The notes below the pieces were generated by a model. That model saw nothing but the letters and a program-made list of their open reading frames with translations, had not been told where the DNA came from and ran no database searches. From Candidatus Bathyarchaeia archaeon (lineage in GTDB: Archaea; Thermoproteota; Bathyarchaeia; Bathyarchaeales; Bathycorpusculaceae), in NCBI GenBank assembly GCA_037481775.1, contig JBBFKZ010000003.1, forward strand, positions 1 through 64,000: a stretch of 64,000 nucleotides of DNA. The letters run 5' to 3'. The translations under genes were made by a program, and so were the position numbers. Below, one piece after another: positions 49,610 to 58,595 of this stretch. Each line of letters starts with the position of its first letter. Position 1 is the stretch's first letter.

Positions 49610-49717
49610 GCTTAAAAACCTGTTTTTCCGTCTATTTTAATGTATCGTAAAACATCAGATATGGAGAGTTAAACTCTGCCACGTGAAGTCACCTTAAGCT
49701 TACCGTTTCTGGCCATT

Positions 49718-50131
49718 GTGGTTTCCTTAGCGTTTCTGCTGGGTGTAGGCGTTACTCTCGCTGTTACTCAGTTCTCGCTTAGGATTCCAAGCACCGCCGC
49801 TGTTGTTGCTGTAGGTTTAAGCGTTTGGAGAGATGAAGCCTGCACCGTTCCAGTTTCATCTATTGACTGGGGAGTTTTGGCGCCCGACGAATCCAAAAAC
49901 CTTGTGTTGATTTTGCGAAGCGAAAGCAACGTGCCCGTAACGCTTTCCATGAACGCTTCAGGCGGGAATCCGCCGCAAGCCGCCAATTACATCCAACTGT
50001 CATGGAATTACAATGGCGTGCAACTTCAGCCTCAAACCATTATTCCTGTAACATTTACTTTAACAGTGAACCCTTCTGTTTCAGGCATTTCCTCTTTCAG
50101 TTTTGAAATCGTGTTGGTTGCAAGCGGGTGA
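49718..50131 (+). CDS. Small secreted/membrane-anchored Ig-like protein
   Basis: Hydrophobic N-terminus; SIDWG.L.P...SNVP.TL motif. Confidence 0.65.
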   Translation: MVSLAFLLGVGVTLAVTQFSLRIPSTAAVVAVGLSVWRDEACTVPVSSIDWGVLAPDESKNLVLILRSESNVPVTLSMNASGGNPPQAANYIQLSWNYNGVQLQPQTIIPVTFTLTVNPSVSGISSFSFEIVLVASG

Positions 50132-50141
50132 ACGCTTCAAG

Positions 50142-50549
50142 ATGAGTAAGAAAGTGCTTAAACAGTTAAGCGAGTTGCAGCTTGGCGACATGGTTGAGGT
50201 TTCGTGGCTGGACGCTTCAAGAGGCAGATTGGAAACGGTTGAGGAGCTTCGCGAAGCTGGAGCAGCTGGAGCAGAAATAGACTTGCCTGTCACAAGTTAT
50301 GGAGTTTACATAGGCTCTTTTGGCAAAAGAGCTCAACACATTGTGCTTGTGGCAAGCCAGTGGCTTTTCGCTCAGGGCTACGGGCAGATTGACTGCACCA
50401 TAATTCCCGTTGGTACAGTTGAGAACATCAGGGTTTTGTTGCCTAAGCTGATGGAGGCGGAGAACGTGCAGGTTTGCCAGCAAGCCTTCATCCATGGAAG
50501 AGCCAGACGCCTCATGCGGAGAATAACGCTTTTCGGGGATGAGCGTTGA
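50142..50549 (+). CDS. Hypothetical viral protein (SH3/Sm-like beta fold)
   Basis: LGDMVEVSWLDAS...SYGVY...IIP motif; ATG at 50142. Confidence 0.6.
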   Translation: MSKKVLKQLSELQLGDMVEVSWLDASRGRLETVEELREAGAAGAEIDLPVTSYGVYIGSFGKRAQHIVLVASQWLFAQGYGQIDCTIIPVGTVENIRVLLPKLMEAENVQVCQQAFIHGRARRLMRRITLFGDER

Positions 50550-50791
50550 GGAATCCTATACGCGAGGCTTTAACAAGAACGGTTCATGTGAAGGCTGGGA
50601 GAAGAGTTGAGGTTCCGCCAAGCCAGAAGCTGCTTTATGCGGTTTACTTCAGCCTTGGAATGGTTGGCTGTTTAACAGCTTTAGAGGCTGTGCACTTGGT
50701 TATATTAGGCAGTTGGAATACTGAAATCTTTACCGTTATTTCGGGGCTTGTTGGCAATATTACGGGCATTTTCTTGACTCAGAAGGCTTAA
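50546..50791 (+). CDS. Small two-TM membrane protein
   Basis: Two hydrophobic segments; overlaps the upstream stop. Confidence 0.6.
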   Translation: MRNPIREALTRTVHVKAGRRVEVPPSQKLLYAVYFSLGMVGCLTALEAVHLVILGSWNTEIFTVISGLVGNITGIFLTQKA

Positions 50792-50795
50792 GCTT

Positions 50796-51236
50796 ATGGC
50801 GAGAGGAAAACCTTGGACTGAAGAGGAGATTGCGGTTTTGGACGAGCTTGCCAGTCAAGGCTTGTCTCCTCAGCAAATTTATGAAAGTGGAAGGCTTCCG
50901 GAAAGAACCGTTGACGCTATAAGGAAACAGCTTAAACTTTGCTCTATAGTTCAAACTAAGCACACGGCAATAGTTCAAACTATTGAGCCAGCAGAAGACG
51001 CTTTAAGCATGGAAATGGTTGTCAAGCTTTTCAGCACAGCTTTTAAGCAAATCTGCGAACTGCAACAGGTTGACAAACTCACGCTTGAAAGGTTTCGCAT
51101 AATTTTCCAAGCCGCCAAGGACTATGGGCCTCTTCTGAGCAGCTTTCAAAAGTGGGAGGAAATTGAAAAGCGTGTGGAAGAGCTTGCTGCTGCTGTTGCG
51201 GAATTACAGGCAGCGAAGAGCGCTAAGAAAGCTTGA
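50796..51236 (+). CDS. Putative terminase small subunit
   Basis: N-terminal WTEEE...RT.DAIR Myb/HTH-like motif and coiled-coil tail, directly upstream of TerL. Confidence 0.6.
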   Translation: MARGKPWTEEEIAVLDELASQGLSPQQIYESGRLPERTVDAIRKQLKLCSIVQTKHTAIVQTIEPAEDALSMEMVVKLFSTAFKQICELQQVDKLTLERFRIIFQAAKDYGPLLSSFQKWEEIEKRVEELAAAVAELQAAKSAKKA

Positions 51237-52554
51237 GGAAACCGAGCACGCTGTTAGGCGAATGCTAAGGGAAGAAGAGGTTGAAGTAAAGGACGCCGTA
51301 GATTTTGCAGTTAAAGTTTTAGGCATAACGCCTTTCGACTATCAGGCACGGCTTTTGTTGGACGATAATAAGCGCATTGTCGCGTGCATGGGAAGGCAGA
51401 CAGGCAAAACCACGACGATAGCCATGAAAGCCATATACTTCGCAGACACAAACCCAAATGTTACTGTTCTGATTACAAGCCCAAGTCTACGCCAAAGCAT
51501 GATAATGTTCGACCGCATAGCCACATTCGTCTATTCCACACCACGCTTAAGAAACAAGATTGTAAGGGCTACAAGAACGCTGATTCATCTTGAAAATGGC
51601 AGCCGCATAATAGCTTTGCCATGCAGCGAAAACCTGTTGAGAGGATATACGGCGCAGATGGTTATTTGTGATGAAGCCTCATTCATGCCTGAAGAGGTTA
51701 TAACGCAAGTGATTTTTCCGATGTTGAGCACAACGGACGGCTACGCCATTTTTCTAAGCACGCCTTGGGGTAAGGACCATTTCTTTTACAGAGCCTTTGT
51801 CAATCCAGCCTACAGCGTGCATAAAGTAAAGTCTGAACAATGCCCATTGATTAAGCCCGAGTTTCTCGAGGAGATGAAAGCCAATATGACTAAAGAAGCC
51901 TACTTGATGGAGTATGAAGCAGAGTTTGTCGAAGCCCTGAACAGCTATTTCCCACAAGATTTAATCCGAAAATGTGTTGAATTAGCCCAAAAATTAGGCG
52001 TTGAGCTTTACGGAAGCCTTGAAGCAACCTTTCCAACAGGAGACTATTATGCCGGAGTGGATTTCGGCAAGCTGCAAGATTATAGCGTTATCACAGTTTT
52101 GAAGCGTGAAGGCGACATCCTCAAACTTGTTTATCTTTACCAGTTTCCACTCGAAACACCGTACACGCAAGTTATAGGACATTTAGTAAGAGCCCATCAG
52201 AAATTCAAATTTAGGAAAGCGCTCGTGGATCAAACAGGCGTAGGCGAGCCTGTTCTCGATGAAATCCGCAACCAAGGCTTAAACAATGTTGAAGGACTAA
52301 AGTTTACGGTTCAAACAAAAGAGGAGCTGCTATCGAATTTGAAGATTGCTATGGAGCAGAATCGCTTGGCGATACCGTATCATAGGCAACTGTGCACGCA
52401 AATAAACGAGCAACAATACGCATACAGCAAAAGCGGACACCTACAATTCAGCCACCCAATAAACAGCCATGACGACATGCTATGGTCATTAGCCTTAAGC
52501 ACTTATGCGTCAAGAGAACCGCCAAGAAAAGAACCAACCTTCACTTTCGGGTAA
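51163..52554 (+). CDS. terL: Terminase large subunit
   Basis: GRQTGKTT, LRG, ICDEA, LSTP.G, GVDFG, VDQTGVG, HDD; the true start is probably somewhat downstream. Confidence 0.95.
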   Translation: MKSVWKSLLLLLRNYRQRRALRKLEETEHAVRRMLREEEVEVKDAVDFAVKVLGITPFDYQARLLLDDNKRIVACMGRQTGKTTTIAMKAIYFADTNPNVTVLITSPSLRQSMIMFDRIATFVYSTPRLRNKIVRATRTLIHLENGSRIIALPCSENLLRGYTAQMVICDEASFMPEEVITQVIFPMLSTTDGYAIFLSTPWGKDHFFYRAFVNPAYSVHKVKSEQCPLIKPEFLEEMKANMTKEAYLMEYEAEFVEALNSYFPQDLIRKCVELAQKLGVELYGSLEATFPTGDYYAGVDFGKLQDYSVITVLKREGDILKLVYLYQFPLETPYTQVIGHLVRAHQKFKFRKALVDQTGVGEPVLDEIRNQGLNNVEGLKFTVQTKEELLSNLKIAMEQNRLAIPYHRQLCTQINEQQYAYSKSGHLQFSHPINSHDDMLWSLALSTYASREPPRKEPTFTFG

Positions 52555-52753
52555 AAAGTCCAACGACACTTTATCTTTCCTCCGCAATCAGCGGTTCATG
52601 GGTCTAAATCTAATGCCCGCGCACCATTTTCAAGATATCAAATTTGCCTGATTTTCGCTCTTTTCAGCATAGAATGGCAGAAAATTGACTTCAAATCGTG
52701 GGAGGCTTTTGATTTTGCTTGAGCGTTTAAAACTGTCAACCGTAGAATAATCT

Positions 52754-53731
52754 TCAATCAGGTAGTCGCTGGGGAACCGATTTTTGGAATAACTCGTTCA
52801 ATTTCTCAATTTGTTCATTGCACAATTGTTTTTTGGCAAGATGATTAATCCAGAACTCGTATTTGCACCCATATATTCTTACTATAACTCCATTTAGACA
52901 TTTTGCTTCCTCCTGTGAGAACAATTCATTAACAATTGAGGCAAAACATTCGATGCTAACATCCAATATTTGGCAGTCAATAACCCAAAAGATTGGGCTG
53001 TAAGATTTAAACTGCTTCTGCTTTTTATCGCTAAAGAAGTTCTCGAATACTTTTTTCCGTACAGGTTCCATCAGAATCTTAAATGAGCTTAAGGTTGCGT
53101 CTTCTGTTCTTTTGGTTTTAGCAGATGCGTTCTCTGTTATCTCTATTTTAATGTGATGAGTACCTACGTCGCGTTTTAGCGTGTCTATTGCCTCTTTGTC
53201 AACAGGATATGAATAAGAACCGGTTTCTTTGGCACTAATTTTGCTTTTAATGAATTTTATTAGATTGTCTGCTTCTTTGTCTATCCATTCATAGTCAAGC
53301 GTTCCAAAGTCTATCTTAACAATAAAATCCGATTCTATCTTCCCTATTTCTTTCCATACACGACGTATTGCATCACTTTTCAGTAGCTTCAATAGCGTTT
53401 CTACTTCAAAGAATACGTCTTCACCAACAATGTTTACCTTAATATCTGGGGTTGAAAAACCCTTCCTCTCAATAAGGAACTTGGGATTTAGATTTAGCTT
53501 CTTCAATTTTTCTGCAAATACAAGTTCGGAAAGATAACTTTCCCAATTATTGCCGTCTTTTCTCAATCTGTCAATTTTATTTTTGAAATTTGGTATGCCA
53601 CCAAGCTCAGCAAACAAGTTTTCAACGTAATCCATGGACGCTGGACAGTCATAAAAGTGAACTAATAATGGATGGTTCTTATCAAAAGTGTCCAAATATT
53701 TCTTAAGAAGGGCATGATTCCCAAAGTCCAT
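52754..53731 (-). CDS. AT-rich hypothetical protein with PD-(D/E)XK-like motif
   Basis: SEL...TPDI...FEV; the expected Lys position reads Glu. Confidence 0.55.
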   Translation of the reverse strand: MDFGNHALLKKYLDTFDKNHPLLVHFYDCPASMDYVENLFAELGGIPNFKNKIDRLRKDGNNWESYLSELVFAEKLKKLNLNPKFLIERKGFSTPDIKVNIVGEDVFFEVETLLKLLKSDAIRRVWKEIGKIESDFIVKIDFGTLDYEWIDKEADNLIKFIKSKISAKETGSYSYPVDKEAIDTLKRDVGTHHIKIEITENASAKTKRTEDATLSSFKILMEPVRKKVFENFFSDKKQKQFKSYSPIFWVIDCQILDVSIECFASIVNELFSQEEAKCLNGVIVRIYGCKYEFWINHLAKKQLCNEQIEKLNELFQKSVPQRLPD

Positions 53732-53884
53732 TCGTCTTCTTTGTATAGTTTGTATTAGGAATAAATATTAGTTGTGGTAGGAATAAAAATACTTCAGTAT
53801 AGCCAGAAAAACATGAAGTCTAAACATGGATTCAGACTTCACAAACAATAAGAGTTCTAAAGCGAAAAAGAAGATGAAAGAGCC

Positions 53885-54670
53885 ATGAAAATTTATAAAA
53901 AAATCCTTTTCGCCAACTTCATGGCTTTTCTTACAATAATGTTATATTTCATAAGTATAGGGATTCCACGTTCAACATTTGATACTTATGAATATAACTA
54001 TATTGAACATTCGACAACAACACCTTTATCTAATGAAGCTACAATAACTAAGAAAGACTTTAACCTAACTTATGTTAAATGGATTAGTTTTTGGAAACTC
54101 GAAGGTTCTACATACGGAAGTTTGGGTATTCATTACAACATTACTTTTTTGTGGAATAACCCATTCGGATTTAATGTCAGTGTAGACATTGAAACAAGCT
54201 ATAATCCGCAAAATGGGGCAAGTTATAGCGTGCAACATGGTGTTTATGTTAATGGCACACAGTTAAACCGCTCTTCGCTTATCAATGTTCAGCCACTTGA
54301 AACAATAAAGATTGACTACTATGACGCTGTAGAATGGTTCAATCTGGAATCCCTCAACGATACCGAAACCCTTAACAGGGAATTAAAGGTCTCTGAAGAA
54401 GGTATAATTGAAGGTGCGCAACTACGCTTTATATTTCCAAAAGAAAATTGGCAAACAGTTTTAACAAAATATCCGCAGTCATTTTCAACAAAAACAGATA
54501 CTTGGACCGAAACAGAAAAAGTTTATTTGGGTTGTCTTTTCCATCCCGAAATCTTCATTGAATTCTTAAAGAATGGCTTACTTTATAGCGTCATCGTTAT
54601 TGCTATGATTTGGCTTTCAGCATTCATATACTTTCAAATCAAAACCTTCTATAATTGGGCTAAGAGTTGA
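53885..54670 (+). CDS. AT-rich membrane protein with large extracellular loop
   Basis: N- and C-terminal TM segments; many NxS/T sequons. Confidence 0.65.
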   Translation: MKIYKKILFANFMAFLTIMLYFISIGIPRSTFDTYEYNYIEHSTTTPLSNEATITKKDFNLTYVKWISFWKLEGSTYGSLGIHYNITFLWNNPFGFNVSVDIETSYNPQNGASYSVQHGVYVNGTQLNRSSLINVQPLETIKIDYYDAVEWFNLESLNDTETLNRELKVSEEGIIEGAQLRFIFPKENWQTVLTKYPQSFSTKTDTWTETEKVYLGCLFHPEIFIEFLKNGLLYSVIVIAMIWLSAFIYFQIKTFYNWAKS

Positions 54671-54876
54671 GTGAAATGGAGAGAGAAATGATTTGTGATT
54701 GTCAACTTGAAGACAGGACTTGCGAGGATGTAAAAGAGGATAATGAACGAAATGGAAAATATTCTATAAGAATGCAGTTTGGATGCAGGAACGAAAATAA
54801 AAACATCTGTTGTCGCTTTTGCAAAATAGAAGATTGCAAAATTAAATGTATAAAGATTAAACAAAACTTAACATAA
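54667..54876 (+). CDS. Small Cys-rich protein
   Basis: CDC...C...GC...CCRFC...C...C; overlaps the upstream stop. Confidence 0.45.
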   Translation: MSEMEREMICDCQLEDRTCEDVKEDNERNGKYSIRMQFGCRNENKNICCRFCKIEDCKIKCIKIKQNLT

Positions 54877-55293
54877 AAAGGAACCAACTAACGAAAAGGT
54901 TAAGATAGAAATCATTTTGCTCAATCGGGTTTTAACCAATCCCAATAACGTAAGCATTACATTCCATTTTTAATTTCGTCTTCATGTATGATTATTCTTG
55001 TAAAGCTTGTGTGCAATTAAATCCAATCGGTTGAAGTATTTCAAAGTCGATATAGCATGCTTTTTCAACTACTTTTCAAAATGCAACACGCCCACTATGG
55101 TTTTTTCTCCATTCCATTTCTTCTTTCCACTTTTCCCTTTCGAACTTTATTCTACTTCTCGTTGAAAGGTATTGAAAAACTCCAATAATAGTCGAACCTA
55201 ACAAGATAGCTATTTCAACTTCCATTTTTTCACCTCTACTGTCTGCATCATTTATAAGAACGGAAAAAGTTTTCTGTTTTTCTGCTCAGTCCA

Positions 55294-55548
55294 TTAGACT
55301 TGTTTGCTAACTATGTTTTCGCTTATTTCTTCTAAACGTCTTGCTACTTCAACACCTTTGCCGGTTAGCCTGTTTATTCTTCTTGGTGCTATGAATTGGC
55401 TTTCAATCAAGCCTTCCGAATGTAGGGCGTTTATCATTTCGCTGCACCATTGTTCTGTTATGCCTGCTCTTTTGGCTATTTCGCTGTTTTGTAATGGTCC
55501 CTTCTCGAGCAGTATGACCAGAATCTTCTGTTTAACTGTAAGGAACAT
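55294..55548 (-). CDS. Winged-HTH (MarR-like) regulator
   Basis: SEIAKRAGIT...L..EGLI...RLT.KG. Confidence 0.8.
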   Translation of the reverse strand: MFLTVKQKILVILLEKGPLQNSEIAKRAGITEQWCSEMINALHSEGLIESQFIAPRRINRLTGKGVEVARRLEEISENIVSKQV

Positions 55549-55633
55549 GCCTTATCTATGATATTTTTGTTTAGTTTTTAATGATAAACCCTTCTGAAAC
55601 TTTAATTTAAAATAGCGTTTAAGGCATTAGATA

Positions 55634-55933
55634 GTGTTGGGTGTTGGTTTGGAGGATGAAGAGGTTTTCGCGTTAGAGTTTGAGTTGAAGCCGAGGCTTT
55701 TGGCGACGGTGCTTTGGGGGTTAGGCGTTGGAACATGGTTTCTAACAGTTTACGCTATGCTAATTTGGCATGGATGGATCGGCAATGTTGAGGATGCGCT
55801 TTTTGTGCTTGTGAGTTTCATTTGCGGCTTAAACGCCATGGCGATGGGCTTCCTCATAGACATGCATTCGATGGAGTATAAAGGAGTCAGGTTTGGTATT
55901 CGAAGGAGAAAACGGGGAAAGAAAGAGGGATAA
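55634..55933 (+). CDS. Small two-TM membrane protein
   Basis: Two hydrophobic helices and a basic tail. Confidence 0.55.
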   Translation: MLGVGLEDEEVFALEFELKPRLLATVLWGLGVGTWFLTVYAMLIWHGWIGNVEDALFVLVSFICGLNAMAMGFLIDMHSMEYKGVRFGIRRRKRGKKEG

Positions 55934-55958
55934 TGAGGCGTTAAGGCTTTAGGGTTAG

Positions 55959-56843
55959 CTACGTTATGCCTGTGATTTCGCATATGGCTGTTGGTCTCTT
56001 AATGCGGGGAACCACGGCTTCGTAGACCCGAAAGTGGTGGTTCATGTCGACGGTTTGCATATAGAAGGTTTTTAGGTCTTGGGCTACGCACAGGTCTGCG
56101 TTTTCCGCTCCGCTTTTGATTAGTATTGCGCTGTCTGTTCCGCCGTCAGCCGCCTTAAGCTGGCTGCTTATGTAGATGTTGCCTTGAATAAGCTCCTTGA
56201 TTTTCTCGATTTGGCTTATGCCCGTATTCGCTATAAGCGTGTGAGCATCCATGAAGGCGCTTGGCTGCACAATCAAATCGTAAGGAGGCGGATAATACTT
56301 GTCAAGCAGTTTTTTGGCTGCCGCCCGTACATCGTTTAATGCGTTCGGAGCTGTTGCCCATGCGCCGCCGCTTGCCTGCGTCTGCCTTCCCGTGGCGGTT
56401 GTTAATCCTTCTATGCCAAGCATGGGTTCGCCAGAGATTTCGCCGTTAAGGATTAGGCGATCTTCTTTCTGAGCCACAACGAGGGCTGCTGATTCCGCGT
56501 TTGCCGTGTCCAATGGTGTTCCAAACCGCCTTGAAGCTTCCAAGTCTCGCCAGTGTATGCGGAAGTCTTTGTGCAGTATTGGCACTGTGAGGCTTTTGCG
56601 TGTGTAGATTATTGTGTCTTCTGCTGGCGTTTCGCCGTACATGCTGATGTGCGCTGCGCTCATTTCTGATAGCTCGTCCCAATCCACGGTCATGACGCCT
56701 ACGCCTGCAAGCTGTTTAACTGGCAAGACACGACGTCCAACCAAGACTGGCTGAGCAGCTCTGACCACAGCCTCGTCAAGCTGTTTCCACTCCTCTTCAC
56801 GCAATGGTGCCTGTGCTCTTCCAACAAGCGTTAACGGGTCCAT
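55959..56843 (-). CDS. Major capsid protein of family 1 encapsulin (Linocin M18/EncA) type
   Basis: APLREEEW, LVGRR, PILHKDF.IHWRDLEA, PLD..A..AA..VAQKED.LI..G, MNH.FRV.EA...RIK.P.AIC; only capsid candidate in the cluster. Confidence 0.9.
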   Translation of the reverse strand: MDPLTLVGRAQAPLREEEWKQLDEAVVRAAQPVLVGRRVLPVKQLAGVGVMTVDWDELSEMSAAHISMYGETPAEDTIIYTRKSLTVPILHKDFRIHWRDLEASRRFGTPLDTANAESAALVVAQKEDRLILNGEISGEPMLGIEGLTTATGRQTQASGGAWATAPNALNDVRAAAKKLLDKYYPPPYDLIVQPSAFMDAHTLIANTGISQIEKIKELIQGNIYISSQLKAADGGTDSAILIKSGAENADLCVAQDLKTFYMQTVDMNHHFRVYEAVVPRIKRPTAICEITGIT

Positions 56844-56845
56844 TT

Positions 56846-57355
56846 CTAAATCACCAACCTAACCATAATCGACTTGTCAGCAGCAGAGGCATCAACACTT
56901 TCCTCTGCGTAGGCTACGATTGGTCCGTAAGGCGGGATGCTGCCGATTTCCAAGAGGTCTGGCTGAGCAGCGGTAGACGTTACTTGCGTGGCTCCTGAAG
57001 GGACGCTTACGGATATTGTAGCTGCAGCCTTCAATTTTCCGTTTGCAGCACAAACCAGCGATGCACCTTTAACAACGTTGTTTCCGCTTGCCAAAGTGGC
57101 TACCACAACCGCAGGCGCCTTCAACACACGAACTGGATGCTTATCTGGAAAGGCATTTGCAATCGGATATCTTGGGTCTGCGTCCAGAATGCCTAAGGGC
57201 TTTTGTTCTCCGTCGCCTGCAAGCGTTACTTGATGGTCGGCTGTGCCTTTCTTAACGAACAGTCCTGGCTTGCATGATGTGCCTTCGGTTATTAGCTCTT
57301 CAACGATGGGTGAGCCGCCAACCAAAATCTTGTTAGAAGGTTTAACGAACGGCAT
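56846..57355 (-). CDS. Capsid decoration/cement-like protein
   Basis: Directly upstream of the capsid gene; beta-clip-like (VVKGASLV...NG.L...IVAYA.E). Confidence 0.65.
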   Translation of the reverse strand: MPFVKPSNKILVGGSPIVEELITEGTSCKPGLFVKKGTADHQVTLAGDGEQKPLGILDADPRYPIANAFPDKHPVRVLKAPAVVVATLASGNNVVKGASLVCAANGKLKAAATISVSVPSGATQVTSTAAQPDLLEIGSIPPYGPIVAYAEESVDASAADKSIMVRLVI

Positions 57356-57362
57356 GGCTCAC

Positions 57363-57713
57363 TCACTGCTCCTTCTTGTGGTATAAGCAGCCAACCGTCA
57401 GCCTGTTTTCATCTTCGCTTGTGGTTGCCCCAGCACTGCGAACATTTTTCACCGTGCCTTTAACGCTGTCAACGCCTTTCTGGACGAGCCTAAGCTGTGC
57501 AAGATCCAGCTTCTCAAGTTCATCCTTTGAAAGAATAGTCTTCTCTAAAATGGATTTGATTGCAGCTTCCCTTTCCTTTTCAACATAAGCAGTCAATGTT
57601 TTGGTGGCTTCAGTCATCGTTGTCTTGAGCTTCTCGTTCTCAGCCTCAAGCTCCGCAATCCTCGCCTTTAACGTTTCAACGGTTTCTGTTGGCTTTTCTT
57701 CACTCATATTCAT
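57363..57713 (-). CDS. Coiled-coil scaffold protein with C-terminal encapsulin cargo-loading-like peptide
   Basis: LKARIAELEAENEKLK coiled coil, low-complexity linker, then LTVGCL (57384-57401). Confidence 0.75.
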   Translation of the reverse strand: MNMSEEKPTETVETLKARIAELEAENEKLKTTMTEATKTLTAYVEKEREAAIKSILEKTILSKDELEKLDLAQLRLVQKGVDSVKGTVKNVRSAGATTSEDENRLTVGCLYHKKEQ

Positions 57714-57935
57714 TCACAAAATAGTCACTCACATCATGCAATATGGGTTCAGCGAAGCGTTGAGCGGTCAGACTGCAATGGATTTTATGGTTCGGTTAAG
57801 TGGAATTTTGATGGGTAAGCGGTTAAGAAGATCGACATATCACTGAATCATTAAGTTGATTGAGTTAGGTAGAAGTGAAGATATATCCAGATTTGAAATA
57901 TGGACTATTAAATCACGGAAGCATCTATAATTACC

Positions 57936-58034
57936 ATGGGGAAAACCGTGGATAAGCGGCAGATTCGCAGAGTACTGAAAAAGAATGGGTATTCCGACAA
58001 AGCTGTTAAGGCAATCCTCAGATGGTACGAATGA
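57936..58034 (+). CDS. 32-aa microprotein (absent from the ORF track)
   Basis: MGKTVDKRQIRRVLKKNGYSDKAVKAILRWYE*; L..GYS.KA motif also at the N-terminus of 10235..10651. Confidence 0.4.
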   Translation: MGKTVDKRQIRRVLKKNGYSDKAVKAILRWYE

Positions 58035-58119
58035 ATCTGTCTCGGTCATGATTTATTGACTATTAGGTCAAGGATGATAGAAATATATTCTCGGCTTGTG
58101 TAGAAGATTTTGATGAGAC

Positions 58120-58566
58120 ATGGCTGAAAAAGTTTCTTTAGATTCGGATGAAGTGTTTGAGGCTATCTCGCACCCTTTAAGGATAAAAATATTGAAAGCG
58201 CTCGCTAAGACACCACTCGGTTTTAGTGAGCTCAAGCGGGCAATTAATGTTGAAAGTAGTGGCGCCTTAGATTTTCATCTCAAAAAGATGCAAAGTCTGA
58301 TTGAAACAGACTCAGCTGGTCGATACATTTTAAACGCTAAAGGATCTGCTGCACTGGAAGCCATACGCGTCATCCAGCAATATGGGTGGCAAAGGCGCTC
58401 TTTTTTATTGAACGTTCTCGCTTATGTGCTTGTCAACATCTGGACGCTAATTAACTTCTCTTTAAGCTTAAATTCCATCATCGTGTTTGTCGGATCAACA
58501 CTTTGGATGGCATTCTATTCTTATTGGACGTTTATCTACAGGCGGGTTTCTTTAAGACAAAAGTAA
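58120..58566 (+). CDS. ArsR-type wHTH protein with C-terminal TM helices
   Basis: FEAISHPLRIKIL...FSELK...SSG.LDFHLKK followed by two TMs. Confidence 0.8.
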   Translation: MAEKVSLDSDEVFEAISHPLRIKILKALAKTPLGFSELKRAINVESSGALDFHLKKMQSLIETDSAGRYILNAKGSAALEAIRVIQQYGWQRRSFLLNVLAYVLVNIWTLINFSLSLNSIIVFVGSTLWMAFYSYWTFIYRRVSLRQK

Positions 58567-58595
58567 TTGAGTTAAATGGAAAACTTCCTGGTATT

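Noticed and set aside
55959-57713. Ordinary cellular encapsulin operon inserted by chance into a provirus
   Set aside because: The neighbours are a decoration-like protein and a coiled-coil protein rather than enzymatic cargo, and no other capsid gene exists in the cluster. Disfavoured but not formally excluded.
57601-58049. Track ORFs 57601..57846 (+) and 57840..58049 (-)
   Set aside because: Antisense or overlapping shadows without motifs; the region is better explained by the scaffold gene, its promoter and a micro-ORF.
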